IMG/VR virus record: IMGVR_UViG_3300027816_000055
DNA: 64,000 nucleotides
Source: a virus
Reading direction: 5' to 3' (one strand)
Numbering within the stretch: the first letter of the stretch is position 1; the number at the start of each line of letters is the position of its first letter. The notes under the pieces were generated by a model that was given only the letters and a program-made list of their open reading frames with translations, had not been told where the DNA came from and searched no databases. Below, piece after piece: positions 10,335 through 21,598 of the stretch. Both the position numbers and the translations under genes were made by a program.

Positions 10335-11431
10335 AAATTACAGGCAAACATCCTACTAAGCTTAATGATCCTATAATTAAACATCCTGCTATGCATGGAA
10401 ATAGATGGCAAATAGATCCAACCGCTGAACCTCATACTAGTTTTGATAAATTATCCAAACATCAAGTGGATGAATTTGCTGTAAACAATATGGACACATG
10501 GACTGATACTAATCATAATGACGTAGATATTGGCTACAATGAATTTTATGAAGAGTTAACAGGGGGAGTTGGTGATGCAACTGCTCCACATGATGTTGAT
10601 CCAATTGAATTGGCATTGGGGCAAACTGTAGAAATGGAACATACAACAGATCCAAACGTTGCCACCGAAATTGCATTGGATCATTTGAGTGAAGATCCAA
10701 AATATTATACCAAACTCAAAAAAGCAGGATTGGCAAAAGAGTTAGATCAAATTGGAACATCAACAGGATTTGGTGATCCAGATCATTCAATTAATCATGA
10801 AAAGCTAGTAGGGTCCAATAAAACAGCAATCGCTGGAAACAATATTGCAGGGAAAATCGGTAATACACCCGATGATCATGTCAATAAAGTTAATGACAAA
10901 ATTTCTAGTGATAATAAAAACTTAAATCAAATGAATAATGATGATTTTACAGTAGATGTAAATATCGAAGAACCTTCTTTGGAGGAAGATAGATGTACTG
11001 ATATTGCAAAAAGAAAATACAAAAAATGGCCAAGTGCATATGCCAGTGGTGCTGTTGTTCGTTGTCGAAAAGGTAAAATATGGAAAAAGACTCAGGAAGA
11101 AATTGAACAGATCAAAAAAGAATTAGAAGAAGATTTCTCAAAAGAAAAAAAACAAGGATTGCATGGCTGGTTTGCCCGTCGTGGCGGTAAAGGAGGCAAA
11201 GGTTGGGTAGATTGTAATACATGCCGCAAAGATCCTGAAACCGGAACTAAAAAATGCAAAACTTGCGGAAGACAATCCGGAGAAAAACGAAGTAAATATC
11301 CTGCGTGCCGACCTACACCTAGTCAATGCACAAAAAAAGGAACCAGTCATAAAAAGGGTCCAAGTACGGTTTCATGGAAGAATGAAGTATCATTGACAGA
11401 AATTGCTAAACGATTGTTAAGTGATGAATAA
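10331..11431 (+). CDS. Multi-domain protein (DUF5661-like plus Cys-rich DUF5872-like)
   Basis: GQTVEMEHT...IALDHLSEDPKYYTKL; KWPSAYASG; LHGWF...WVDC...YPACRP. Confidence 0.65.
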   Translation: MKITGKHPTKLNDPIIKHPAMHGNRWQIDPTAEPHTSFDKLSKHQVDEFAVNNMDTWTDTNHNDVDIGYNEFYEELTGGVGDATAPHDVDPIELALGQTVEMEHTTDPNVATEIALDHLSEDPKYYTKLKKAGLAKELDQIGTSTGFGDPDHSINHEKLVGSNKTAIAGNNIAGKIGNTPDDHVNKVNDKISSDNKNLNQMNNDDFTVDVNIEEPSLEEDRCTDIAKRKYKKWPSAYASGAVVRCRKGKIWKKTQEEIEQIKKELEEDFSKEKKQGLHGWFARRGGKGGKGWVDCNTCRKDPETGTKKCKTCGRQSGEKRSKYPACRPTPSQCTKKGTSHKKGPSTVSWKNEVSLTEIAKRLLSDE

Positions 11432-11876
11432 AATTTATTTATCTAAATATGCAAAATTATTATTACGGGAATCATTAGAAGATATTCCTGAATTGCCCGA
11501 TTTCTTTATAGATAAAGCCACAGGAAAAGAAGTAAAAATTCCTAAAAACCGTTTGGTTTCTACTGCACGTTATTCTGGTATCAATCCGCAACTCGCAGAT
11601 CGAATACATCGGTTATGCATTCACAATTTACGAAATCCGTCTGAAATAACAAAAAAAGGAATCGAATCAGCATATATGTATATCGTTTCTAAAAATCCTG
11701 AAATTAACGCGATTCGTATAAATATATCAGATTATGATCCGCTTCGTAGTCCAATGCATGATATTGTGCATGGAGTAGCATCTGGTATTGAACCTTATAA
11801 TATTTCGTATTTTGTGCAAAATTTAAAAGGTTATGGAAAAAAAGGAGATAGTTCTAAAGGATATATAACAACATGA
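11421..11876 (+). CDS. Hypothetical protein
   Basis: 151-aa ORF overlapping its neighbours in the operon. Confidence 0.6.
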   Translation: MMNKIYLSKYAKLLLRESLEDIPELPDFFIDKATGKEVKIPKNRLVSTARYSGINPQLADRIHRLCIHNLRNPSEITKKGIESAYMYIVSKNPEINAIRINISDYDPLRSPMHDIVHGVASGIEPYNISYFVQNLKGYGKKGDSSKGYITT

Positions 11877-12205
11877 ACGATACCGAATCATATCCAACTG
11901 CTGATTTTAATCAATTGTTATTGAGAAAAATGCAACAACCAGTTGCTAGTGTACCGCATGAATTTGATCCATATCAAGCATTGTTAAAAAGAAAAAAACA
12001 ACAGGACAGTGGAGAATTGCCACCTATCAAAAATATCAATCCCGATGACTTGTATGAGCTACAACAATTCTGTCAAACACACGGTATTGTCGGATTCAAT
12101 TGTGGTAAAATGAATCCAAGAGCAGCATTACAAATGTTAAAATCACGTATGGGAATTAAAGAAAATCCCGCCACTTCTGTCCAGAAAAAAATATTATTAG
12201 GTTAA
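11873..12205 (+). CDS. Hypothetical protein
   Basis: 110-aa ORF with ATGA coupling. Confidence 0.6.
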   Translation: MNDTESYPTADFNQLLLRKMQQPVASVPHEFDPYQALLKRKKQQDSGELPPIKNINPDDLYELQQFCQTHGIVGFNCGKMNPRAALQMLKSRMGIKENPATSVQKKILLG

Positions 12206-13071
12206 CTCCAACGGGCCTTTGGTATTCTAGTCCATATGTTGTTTGTATAGATATAAACATAATGATCATCAAATCTCATTTCTCCGGGCATGCCACTATC
12301 TGTACTATTTGTTGGAGCACTTCCGCTATTAGTTAATGAAAAATATACCACACTTGCTGTATTTGCTGTGACTACATTAAGTGAACTGGTTTGTACTACT
12401 GTTAAATTACTTGCGGTGGCAACACTACCGCTAAAATAACTACTTGTCATTGAACTGGTAGATCCACTTGCTAACGCATCACTAACAAATTGACCAATAT
12501 ATTGATATACAGTTGCATAAACTCGGTTTGATGGTACCGTTGATCCCGAGAATTGCAATACACCGGTTTTATAATCAAATGCATAGTTGCTTGCTGTCCA
12601 ATTCGTAAACGTACTACCATTGGCTGATGTAAACAAAGCAATATTATAGCCCGGTGGATTACCATTGTTACTAGCATCTGCTGTTTGATTTGCAATGGTA
12701 GTTACACCATATTTTGGACTGATAAAATTTGTTTGTTGTCCATTGACAATCAATTGACTACCAGTACCAGAAACACTCCCCGTTGGACTCATAAAAAACC
12801 AAACACTATTTGCAGGTGATGTATCATTTGCTACTGTCAATGGAAATTTAAACCAGTATTTTAAAACACCTGTTGTTTGTGTCGTTCCCGCAGTTGCGCT
12901 TGAACTAAATGGCAAACTTGCGCTTGGAATTAATGCAGTTTGTGACCAGATTTCATCGGCTCCCATTTGAATAGTAGAAGTAAATGCTTCTTGAGAGTCC
13001 GATAAATCGGTAGTTGTATAACGTCGTCCTACCAATAATCTTGCTGCTTTTGTTAGAAGGTCAAATGCCAT
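12202..13071 (-). CDS. Virion/tail-fibre-associated protein
   Basis: S/T/G-rich; C-terminal PTNSTDSGMPGEMRFDDHYVYIY.NN.W.R module typical of phage fibre proteins. Confidence 0.6.
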   Translation of the reverse strand: MAFDLLTKAARLLVGRRYTTTDLSDSQEAFTSTIQMGADEIWSQTALIPSASLPFSSSATAGTTQTTGVLKYWFKFPLTVANDTSPANSVWFFMSPTGSVSGTGSQLIVNGQQTNFISPKYGVTTIANQTADASNNGNPPGYNIALFTSANGSTFTNWTASNYAFDYKTGVLQFSGSTVPSNRVYATVYQYIGQFVSDALASGSTSSMTSSYFSGSVATASNLTVVQTSSLNVVTANTASVVYFSLTNSGSAPTNSTDSGMPGEMRFDDHYVYIYTNNIWTRIPKARWS

Positions 13072-13072
13072 G

Positions 13073-16000
13073 TTATGAAAGTTTTTCTATTTTAATGCTT
13101 GTAATTGGAGTTGGACTTCCGTTGTAACGAATTAGTAAATAAATTTCATCCTGTGCCGTATTAGTGTTATCCAATATTGCACCGTCAGCAGCTCTTGTTG
13201 GAAATATAAATATACCACTTGAGTTACTTGCACCTGTGCCGTTGTTTCCGTATAAATCAATATTTGATCCAAATGGATTTACACCACTTGTACTTAAGTT
13301 GGAAGGTGCTACACTAGATGATATTACGTTGGTTGATAAATTATTTACATCATACAAACGGCATCGAGCATAAACATTACTATTTGCGCTTTCAAATAAA
13401 ATAGCCATTGCCACACTATTTGATGCAGTAGAATCCCAATTTACCAATGAAGTATTTCCCGTGAGTGTAATTTGTAATTTATTAACAACGACATTACTCT
13501 TGAATCTACGTACATAATATTTGTATGTTGTACCATATCCACTTGGATACCAATAACCATTTGAGCCACCCGGATTTACTAAAAATCCGGGTTTGACTTG
13601 TAAAGATGACGTAGCCAATACAGAAGCACTGTTAAACGATGATCCGCTCATATTTAACATATTGTCAGCTAATACGATGCGATTTGCTTCGTCCAGCAAC
13701 TGTTCTGTAATTGCACCCGGATTCAATGATTGTGAACCAAACGTTAAAGATGATGTCACGTAGCCTTCTGGTCTTCCAAAATACAATAAACTACCACTTG
13801 AAGCTGGTGTACCAAATGATCCTGCTGTGTGAACATTGTATGTTTGGGATCCTACGACAGTTCCGCTGCCTGCTCTATTGTATGTAGTTGTAGATACGGC
13901 GAAGGTTGAAAATGACGAACCTGAACTTGCAGCATTGCTACCTGTTCCACCCGCATTTAGAGTCAAATCAAATACAACAACATCACTTTCAAACGGATAA
14001 CTACCAACGGTGCGAGTGGTAACATAATCTGATGATTTTACAACACCCGCAGTTTGAATAGTTGGATTTGTAGTTAATGACGAGCTATTTGGAGTAACAA
14101 ACCCAAGGGTGGCATTTGTAAAAGATACACTTGACACGATTCCATTATAATATAATGGATTAAATGCTCCGCTTGATGTTATAGTATAGCGATAACTAGA
14201 TCCGCTTGTTAAATATGGTGCTCCACTCAAACTTCTTGTGACAGCACTAATATAACTACCGGAACTACTTGGTGAAGTAATAGTTTGGGTAAATGAGCCA
14301 TCCGTTAACGGTGTATAATAATAAGTTACTGTGGATGGAGTATAAACTCTATATGCTGAACTACCAGAACTAATACCAATACTTGCACTAAACACATAGA
14401 TACCACTGCTGCTAATGTTTGATAATGCAATACTATTGGTTAAATTAGAACCAGTGAAATTACTGAAATATCCATCTTGATAAACAGGAGGAATAACTGC
14501 TATATTTGCTGATGGCACTGTATTAAGTGCAATTGGCGTGGCAATTGACGGTGTTAAATTAGTTGTCGATTGACTTAGAATAATCGATGCAGAATTATTT
14601 GTATAATTAATTGTGCCGGCACTACTTGATGCAAATGTTAATCTAAAAGATCCGCTAAGATTTACTTGTGTAATATTATTACTAGTTAATGGCCCCAATC
14701 CAAATGCACTGCTACCTAAACTTGAACTTACAGTTGTACTACCACCAACAGTGCTTGCATAACTTATATATGCAGCACCACTATTAAATGTATAACCACT
14801 AAAAATTGTCGATCCAATTGTTGCCCATCCAAGCGGCTGCAAATATAAAATATTTGAGTTGGTACTTCCAGATGGAACTCTACCATTAATAGTTACAGTA
14901 GAACCAAATCCAGTGTTTGTACCAGTTACTCCGCTAAAAGTTCGTGTATTTGGACTTGGTATCGGATAACTTGCGCTAAACGCTCCTGCAAAAAATCTAA
15001 CGATATCTGATACATTTGTATTAGAGTTCCAAGTACTAAAATAAGATCCTGTCATACTATCGCCCCATGGATAATTATCAGCCGGCGTTCCAACATTTAT
15101 GTTTGATCCAGAATAACGACCGTAAAAATTAAAACTTCCACTATTATTTTGTACATTTATAATGCTCTGTGTTTGAATTAACAATAAAGGTACATTCGAT
15201 ACACTTGAACTTATAAAATTATCGGTCGCAGCAACAAATGTTTGTGTATTTGGACTTGAAATGAGATTTCCATTTACATTTAAATTTGAAATATATGATG
15301 CTGTTAGCGCATAACTTGAACTTAAATTGTAACTTGATGAAACCACATTGTTTGCCCAACTGCTTGTAATCGGATATGTGCTTCCTGTTATTAAATTTGT
15401 TCCACCCGTGCTACTTGATATAAACAAACTTGAAGTCGCTACGCATAGATTTTTATTAACATTATCCCAAGTTACTACGTAATCTACATCGTTAATATTA
15501 GTTGCTGGTGAGCAATCAAAATTATTTACTTTTATACTACCGGTAAAATTAGCTTCCGATGATACATTTAAAACACCAACTGTAATTGTTGATGTATCAA
15601 AGTTATTAATAGGACTACTACTGCCGCTTGGATCAAATGCTTGAATTGTTCTTAAATTTGAGTACACAATGTTTGAATTTGCATCAAACAATTCTGCTTT
15701 AATATCAAACAATTCATTTGGTTGATCAACCGGAAATGGAACTCGGATTGTATATGAAGCATAATTAAATCCATCAATTTTTTCTTGTTGAAGGGAAATA
15801 TTGTTTATAATTAAACTATTAAATTTTCTCGGTACAATTACAATCGTTCCAAATAAATCATTTAATGGAGTAAACTTAAATTTTAATGTATTATTAAAAT
15901 TTCTAGATATAACAGCATCCGCGACCTGAATATTTCCTAACAATACGCCATATACTTCATTATAATTTTTTTCTTTTTTATTATTTGGATACGATCCTAT

Positions 16001-17419
16001 TAAATAAATTGACAAATCCATCGAATCTGTCGCATTTTTTTCTAATAAATTACAATTAAAACTTAAAATATAATTTGTTTTTCCTAATAATTTAATAAAA
16101 TTACAATCATACGCCGCTCCTCTTTGATCTAAATATTCATATTTATCATATGGAATATATGTTGCATCACGATAAGATCCAGTGGTATCTAGTTTTACAA
16201 TAATATAACCATCGTTTATAGAAGATCCCGTGATTTTTAGTCCATTGATATAGTACTGTGAGTCTTCAAATAATTGAAAACTATTAGAGCTTGTAAACCA
16301 AAATTTATTAATAAAATCCTGCGAATAAAAGTTACCTAAATTTTGATAACTCTTTATAGGAACATTATAATTTTTTAAATATTCAAATTGATTAAATGAT
16401 TCATCAACGACAGTGGTATAGTCTTCGGGTACATTTAAACTTCTTTTATATAATTTATGCCGTGTAACAGTTCCACTAAAAGTATCAATATTTCTATACG
16501 TAACTTCGGCAATTGAATTTTTTTTGTATCTAACATTTCCAGAAAAATCAACACTTTCCGTCAAATAGCTTGCTGTTGTAAAATATACTGGATTATAGTC
16601 ATACTCTGAATATAAAATTTCATATGTTCCGTCTATAATTTCTGTGACAGAATTTTTATTATTTGCTGAATTTTTATAAATAAAAGGTGAGTCTAATTGT
16701 AAAGTCGTTGAATTAATTACATTTTTAATTAAAATTGATGACGTTGCATTTACATTCTGCTCCTGTCCTGTCAATGTGTTTTTAATTTTACTGACATATA
16801 GGGTCGCATAAAAATTTTTAAAACTTGAAGAAAATACAGAATTTGTAGCAATTAATTGATAGTCTGTATATGACTTATTATATTTATTGTCCTCAACATT
16901 AAAATTAACAATTGGATATCCCGCTTTTGTGTAAAATGAGCCGGTGGCGGTTTTTGGATTTGCCTCATTTAAATTTGTTTTTGTAACAAATGTCAACAAT
17001 GGTGTTACTTCTATCTGAGGCGTTGAATAAAATGCTACGTTACTATTATTAATTACAGAATTATTAATATATATATTTGTTGAATATCTTACTACTTTAT
17101 TTTTAAAAGTACCAACAATATACAATTTTCCTATACCAGTTGGGTTTTTTTGATAAACATGGAATGAATATATATTTTTTTGACTCTTATTTACAATATC
17201 TACATCTGTCGCTTTTTCATAGTATAGCTCTATACCATTTGCATCATAAGCCTCAATCTTGATATCATTAGGTGGATTATTGATTATAATACTATTTTTA
17301 CCTAATCCAAAATTGCTATCAAATCCGGAAATTAAAAAATATGTAGACGACATCAATGAATTGTCGTCTACATCTACTTTAAGTCGGCTTAAGCTCTTAC
17401 CAGTCTGGAATTGTGACAT
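13073..17419 (-). CDS. Large Ser/Thr-rich virion structural protein (about 1448 aa)
   Basis: Long ORF. Start moved to MSQF, 6 nt after an ATATTTAT motif; contains SSWANN..SSSY..TASY repeats. Confidence 0.7.
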   Translation of the reverse strand: MSQFQTGKSLSRLKVDVDDNSLMSSTYFLISGFDSNFGLGKNSIIINNPPNDIKIEAYDANGIELYYEKATDVDIVNKSQKNIYSFHVYQKNPTGIGKLYIVGTFKNKVVRYSTNIYINNSVINNSNVAFYSTPQIEVTPLLTFVTKTNLNEANPKTATGSFYTKAGYPIVNFNVEDNKYNKSYTDYQLIATNSVFSSSFKNFYATLYVSKIKNTLTGQEQNVNATSSILIKNVINSTTLQLDSPFIYKNSANNKNSVTEIIDGTYEILYSEYDYNPVYFTTASYLTESVDFSGNVRYKKNSIAEVTYRNIDTFSGTVTRHKLYKRSLNVPEDYTTVVDESFNQFEYLKNYNVPIKSYQNLGNFYSQDFINKFWFTSSNSFQLFEDSQYYINGLKITGSSINDGYIIVKLDTTGSYRDATYIPYDKYEYLDQRGAAYDCNFIKLLGKTNYILSFNCNLLEKNATDSMDLSIYLIGSYPNNKKEKNYNEVYGVLLGNIQVADAVISRNFNNTLKFKFTPLNDLFGTIVIVPRKFNSLIINNISLQQEKIDGFNYASYTIRVPFPVDQPNELFDIKAELFDANSNIVYSNLRTIQAFDPSGSSSPINNFDTSTITVGVLNVSSEANFTGSIKVNNFDCSPATNINDVDYVVTWDNVNKNLCVATSSLFISSSTGGTNLITGSTYPITSSWANNVVSSSYNLSSSYALTASYISNLNVNGNLISSPNTQTFVAATDNFISSSVSNVPLLLIQTQSIINVQNNSGSFNFYGRYSGSNINVGTPADNYPWGDSMTGSYFSTWNSNTNVSDIVRFFAGAFSASYPIPSPNTRTFSGVTGTNTGFGSTVTINGRVPSGSTNSNILYLQPLGWATIGSTIFSGYTFNSGAAYISYASTVGGSTTVSSSLGSSAFGLGPLTSNNITQVNLSGSFRLTFASSSAGTINYTNNSASIILSQSTTNLTPSIATPIALNTVPSANIAVIPPVYQDGYFSNFTGSNLTNSIALSNISSSGIYVFSASIGISSGSSAYRVYTPSTVTYYYTPLTDGSFTQTITSPSSSGSYISAVTRSLSGAPYLTSGSSYRYTITSSGAFNPLYYNGIVSSVSFTNATLGFVTPNSSSLTTNPTIQTAGVVKSSDYVTTRTVGSYPFESDVVVFDLTLNAGGTGSNAASSGSSFSTFAVSTTTYNRAGSGTVVGSQTYNVHTAGSFGTPASSGSLLYFGRPEGYVTSSLTFGSQSLNPGAITEQLLDEANRIVLADNMLNMSGSSFNSASVLATSSLQVKPGFLVNPGGSNGYWYPSGYGTTYKYYVRRFKSNVVVNKLQITLTGNTSLVNWDSTASNSVAMAILFESANSNVYARCRLYDVNNLSTNVISSSVAPSNLSTSGVNPFGSNIDLYGNNGTGASNSSGIFIFPTRAADGAILDNTNTAQDEIYLLIRYNGSPTPITSIKIEKLS

Positions 17420-17447
17420 ACATATATAAATATATGTCATTTAGAGT

Positions 17448-20400
17448 TTATACGGCCATAATTTTAGAAAATCCACGCTCTTTCTTGATTTCTAATTGCT
17501 TATCAACCATATCTTTCATAGCATCCAAATGACTTACAACCCATACAAAATCAAATGTATTGCGGAAGTACGACAATAGAGATGACATTGAATTGAGATT
17601 CTCTTTATCAGCACATCCAAATCCTTCATCAATTGCTATGAAATTAGGACGCGGCAAATTGGAGATATTTATTAATGCTACACGTATTGCAAGAGATAAC
17701 ACAAACTTTTCCAAACCGCTACCCATTTCAATTGGCCATTTCTTTCCATCATAATTGATATGACCAATAACATTCTTTCCATCGGTTGTTAAATTGACAG
17801 TGAATTCAACAATTTGATGTAAAATATTATTAATTTCCGATTCTATTGTCGGTAACGCTTTGCTAATAAGATTGTATGGAATGCCGTCGCGACTGATTGC
17901 CATCATGTAATATGTGTATGCATGTTGTTGCAATTCCCATATTTTTGCATTTTTAATTTGTTCTTCATAATTGGCTTTTTGTTCGTTTGCCAACATCAAT
18001 TTTCCATTCAAATCTGAAATTTTACGAGTTGCTGTCTTTATTAGACTATCTAATTTATTAATATTGTCTTTTATTATTTTTATTTTTTCGTTTGTATTCT
18101 TATTAGACTCAATTGCATCTTTTTGTTTATAATACAAGGTAATGTCTTGTTCTAGAGTCAGAAGTTGATTCTCAAACTGAACAAGTTTTGTGGAATTTTT
18201 CAAAAACTCCGAGTTAGCATAATTATATTTTCTTTCCAGATCAGATTTTCTCTGAATAAGTTCATTGACTTTTTGGTTTTTTTCAACAACATCAGAAACC
18301 AAATTAATATCATCAATTAGATTATCTTTACGAAGGGTTAATGATTCAATTTCTATCTGAATCTTGTTGTATTCCTCACCTGTTTTATTGATGTGATCTG
18401 CGTGTTTTTTGTTTGCTTTTACGCAAAAAGAACAATGCGGATCATACTCCATATTACTTCCAAAACTAGATAATATTGATTTTTTGGATGCTTTTTCTAT
18501 GGTTTTCTTGTCAATTTCATTTTGAATCTTTTGAAGATCGCGATTCAAATTATCATAATGAGTTGTATTAGTTTTTAGTTTAATCAGATCAAACTTGTTT
18601 AATTCAATGTCAATTGCATCAATGACATGTTTTAACTTTTCAACCAATTGTTTAATCGATATATTATTTTCTGCCAAGGTATTTTTTTCAGAAATTATCT
18701 TCTTTTGAGTAGACTCCAACAAAATAATATTAGTCGGAGCATTGCCAATATTTATAATATTGGCCATTTCTTCCATTAATCTTTCATTTTCATATTTAAA
18801 TTTAGATTCGACTTTATCTAATTCAATATTTTCAGTCTCAAGATTTTTCTTTAATACAACAATTTCCTGAATTCTCTGTTCAAGTAATTTTGGATAATCG
18901 GTTTTATTATAATTTTTAAGGAGTGTAGTAATTTCTTTGCTTTCAGACTTGGCAATTTGATCCAATTGATCGTATACTGTAATTCCCATGAATTTGGCGA
19001 TCAAATCTTTACGATCTGCCTGCCCCATATCAATGAAATTACCTACGCTATTATTTTGAATGCTTAATACAGTTAGTAGAAAATCATCGTATGTACCAAT
19101 ATAATCACGTATAACATCATTTGTATTACGTCGTGCCTCGCCATTTAAATCGATCATTTTGTTGTCTTTATCTAATTGATAAAATTTTACATCAACTTTG
19201 ACATTTCCTTTTTTGTCCTGAACACCAACTCGTTCAATAAAATAATCAACTCCCTCAATTTCAAAATTAAATTTGCAATTGAAGCTCATTTTTTGTGTAT
19301 TCAAAACATGAACCGCTTTAAATGCACGATCACATTTATCAAACAAACAGTACGATAATGCAGACAAAATACTACTCTTACCGCTTGCATTTGCAGCAAA
19401 TAATCCAATTAATCCTTTGAGTGTAGTAAAGTCAATCACATTGCCTTCTCCATAAGAGAACATATTTTCAAACTCAAACCGCTTTGGCTTCCAACGAATA
19501 TTACGAGGAACAAGTTCTTTTTCTAGCTTACCATTGACATCTTTATTGATTTCAAAAATCTGATCAATCAATTCTTCAGTCATTACTTCGCGTTTCTTTT
19601 CTAACAAAAACTCTTTGATCAATTGATTTTGATAATCAACATTTGATGCAATACTGATAAGATTGATATTTGTAGTATCAATGATATTTTTCTTTTCTTC
19701 ATCTGTGTTGATTTTATCATATGTAATTTCAATTAATTCATGCTTTTTGCTCATTTTTGCCATCAAAGATTTTACTTCTGACGGAATTGTTTCTTTACAT
19801 TTTGCTCTTAATGTAACTTTTTTAGGCATGCTGCTTACATCAGTCAGCAATTTACCCTTTTCAATTTCTACGGTAAAAAATCCGTAGTCATTTGGCAATT
19901 CTACATGTGTATATTCATGATGTTTAATGTCCCATATTACATATCCGTGTTTCTCTAAAGCTTCACCATGATTCTGTTGAATCATAGATCCCGCGTATAG
20001 AATAACAGGTTTATTATAATTGACACTATGTTCTTGAAGTCTCTGAAATTTATGAATATCTCCCAACAAAACAATATCATGACCGTCAAAACTATCATTT
20101 GATACTGTTTTACTCACCACTCTATATCCAACATCAGTGGTAGCACCTTGAACAGGACCATGAAATAATGCGATTCGTGAATCAGTCTCGTTAATTAGTT
20201 TTTTAGGAATGTTAGCCGCAGGAATATACTTTGTATAATCATCAAATACAGAATAATGATTGAATAACAAATTTCCCAACACAAACAAGCCACTTTCTTT
20301 AAGATAAAATAGGTGTGGGTGGTTCAATGGTTCAACTACTGAAGTTAAACTATCCAATCTAGTTTTATTGTTTAATGTTGCATCGTGATTGCCTGAAATA

Positions 20401-20663
20401 AGAATGGTTGTACGTTTATCAGCAATTGTCTTCAGAAAATCACTGGCTAATTTAAGCGATTCTGGAACCAAGTCAGTTTTATTATGAAATAAATCTCCTA
20501 GAATTGCAACAACGGTTGTTTCTGGAGTTTTATCTATCTCTTTATAAAATTTTTCAAATACTTCACGATATTCTTCATGTCGCTTTAACAGACGAATGTG
20601 AATGTCCGCCACATGAACTATGTGAGTAAATTTTTTTACATTTGTATTTAAATACTTTGTCAT
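17448..20663 (-). CDS. Fused Mre11/SbcD phosphoesterase and Rad50/SbcC ATPase (gp47-gp46-like)
   Basis: ADIH, GDLFH, GNHD, HG, GDIH; Walker A AANASGKS; CSFC hook; signature MGSGLEK; Walker B IAIDEGFG. Confidence 0.92.
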   Translation of the reverse strand: MTKYLNTNVKKFTHIVHVADIHIRLLKRHEEYREVFEKFYKEIDKTPETTVVAILGDLFHNKTDLVPESLKLASDFLKTIADKRTTILISGNHDATLNNKTRLDSLTSVVEPLNHPHLFYLKESGLFVLGNLLFNHYSVFDDYTKYIPAANIPKKLINETDSRIALFHGPVQGATTDVGYRVVSKTVSNDSFDGHDIVLLGDIHKFQRLQEHSVNYNKPVILYAGSMIQQNHGEALEKHGYVIWDIKHHEYTHVELPNDYGFFTVEIEKGKLLTDVSSMPKKVTLRAKCKETIPSEVKSLMAKMSKKHELIEITYDKINTDEEKKNIIDTTNINLISIASNVDYQNQLIKEFLLEKKREVMTEELIDQIFEINKDVNGKLEKELVPRNIRWKPKRFEFENMFSYGEGNVIDFTTLKGLIGLFAANASGKSSILSALSYCLFDKCDRAFKAVHVLNTQKMSFNCKFNFEIEGVDYFIERVGVQDKKGNVKVDVKFYQLDKDNKMIDLNGEARRNTNDVIRDYIGTYDDFLLTVLSIQNNSVGNFIDMGQADRKDLIAKFMGITVYDQLDQIAKSESKEITTLLKNYNKTDYPKLLEQRIQEIVVLKKNLETENIELDKVESKFKYENERLMEEMANIINIGNAPTNIILLESTQKKIISEKNTLAENNISIKQLVEKLKHVIDAIDIELNKFDLIKLKTNTTHYDNLNRDLQKIQNEIDKKTIEKASKKSILSSFGSNMEYDPHCSFCVKANKKHADHINKTGEEYNKIQIEIESLTLRKDNLIDDINLVSDVVEKNQKVNELIQRKSDLERKYNYANSEFLKNSTKLVQFENQLLTLEQDITLYYKQKDAIESNKNTNEKIKIIKDNINKLDSLIKTATRKISDLNGKLMLANEQKANYEEQIKNAKIWELQQHAYTYYMMAISRDGIPYNLISKALPTIESEINNILHQIVEFTVNLTTDGKNVIGHINYDGKKWPIEMGSGLEKFVLSLAIRVALINISNLPRPNFIAIDEGFGCADKENLNSMSSLLSYFRNTFDFVWVVSHLDAMKDMVDKQLEIKKERGFSKIMAV

Positions 20664-21598
20664 ATTAATTTCATTTTAATCAGATTGTCAAATTCAATGA
20701 TGGGAGATTTATTGATGATTTCCCATGTTTTATCAAATCCCAATAGTGATGGATCCTTTTCTTCCAGTTTAACCCAAGCAGTAGGAATATGGTTACGTAC
20801 CAGATACTCGCATAATTTTACTGTGTCAGCGTAAGCATCATTATCTAACAATACATTTACTCTAGGTACGTCGCTTTCAAGCAAACGAGCTTTGAGTTTC
20901 TTGGACATATTCTTTCCAAATAATGGAATAACATTTCTACGAACAGATATGGCATCAAATTGTCCTTCAACCAAAGTGATAGGTTCATCAAAATTGATTA
21001 ACAGTTCATTTCCAATGATATTTTTAGAAAAATTACATAGCTTATATTTGTGTCCTGATAATCCCAAATAATCACGGGCGGAAAAGAAATTCAACTTACC
21101 ATCAACGTCATATGATGGTATGATAATACGGTGTTGATAATAACCAGTGTCACAATATCCAATATTGTATCGTAGAATATCATATTTTGTTATGTTACGC
21201 GCAAGTACATAATTGAGCGCCATTTTATAATGGCGTGTATTTGAAGGAATCGCAAGTGGTTTGAATTCATCCGGCAATCTATTAATTGCAGTTACTTCCT
21301 GTAAGTCATCAAAATTTATTTTCCATTCAGAGCCATCGGAACGCATCTGTTCGACTTCTCCCAGTATTGCATAATACTCCGACGAAGCTTGCATTTTCTT
21401 AAATAAGGAGCGAAAACTAAGCCCTCTGAAATTACAGACCCAACAATTATATTTGCCTGTTGTAAGACTAACTTCTAGTTTACGTTTATAATGTTTGCAA
21501 TGAGGACAGTAATAAACTGCGTCTGTTCCTTTACGGATTTTTGCTGTCTGATTAAACAGTTTGTTGAGTGCTACCAAAATTGTCTCTTGTCTTAGCAT
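20660..21598 (-). CDS. DNA primase (Zn finger + TOPRIM)
   Basis: CPHC...CWVC; LVEGQFDAI; LLDND. Confidence 0.9.
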   Translation of the reverse strand: MLRQETILVALNKLFNQTAKIRKGTDAVYYCPHCKHYKRKLEVSLTTGKYNCWVCNFRGLSFRSLFKKMQASSEYYAILGEVEQMRSDGSEWKINFDDLQEVTAINRLPDEFKPLAIPSNTRHYKMALNYVLARNITKYDILRYNIGYCDTGYYQHRIIIPSYDVDGKLNFFSARDYLGLSGHKYKLCNFSKNIIGNELLINFDEPITLVEGQFDAISVRRNVIPLFGKNMSKKLKARLLESDVPRVNVLLDNDAYADTVKLCEYLVRNHIPTAWVKLEEKDPSLLGFDKTWEIINKSPIIEFDNLIKMKLI

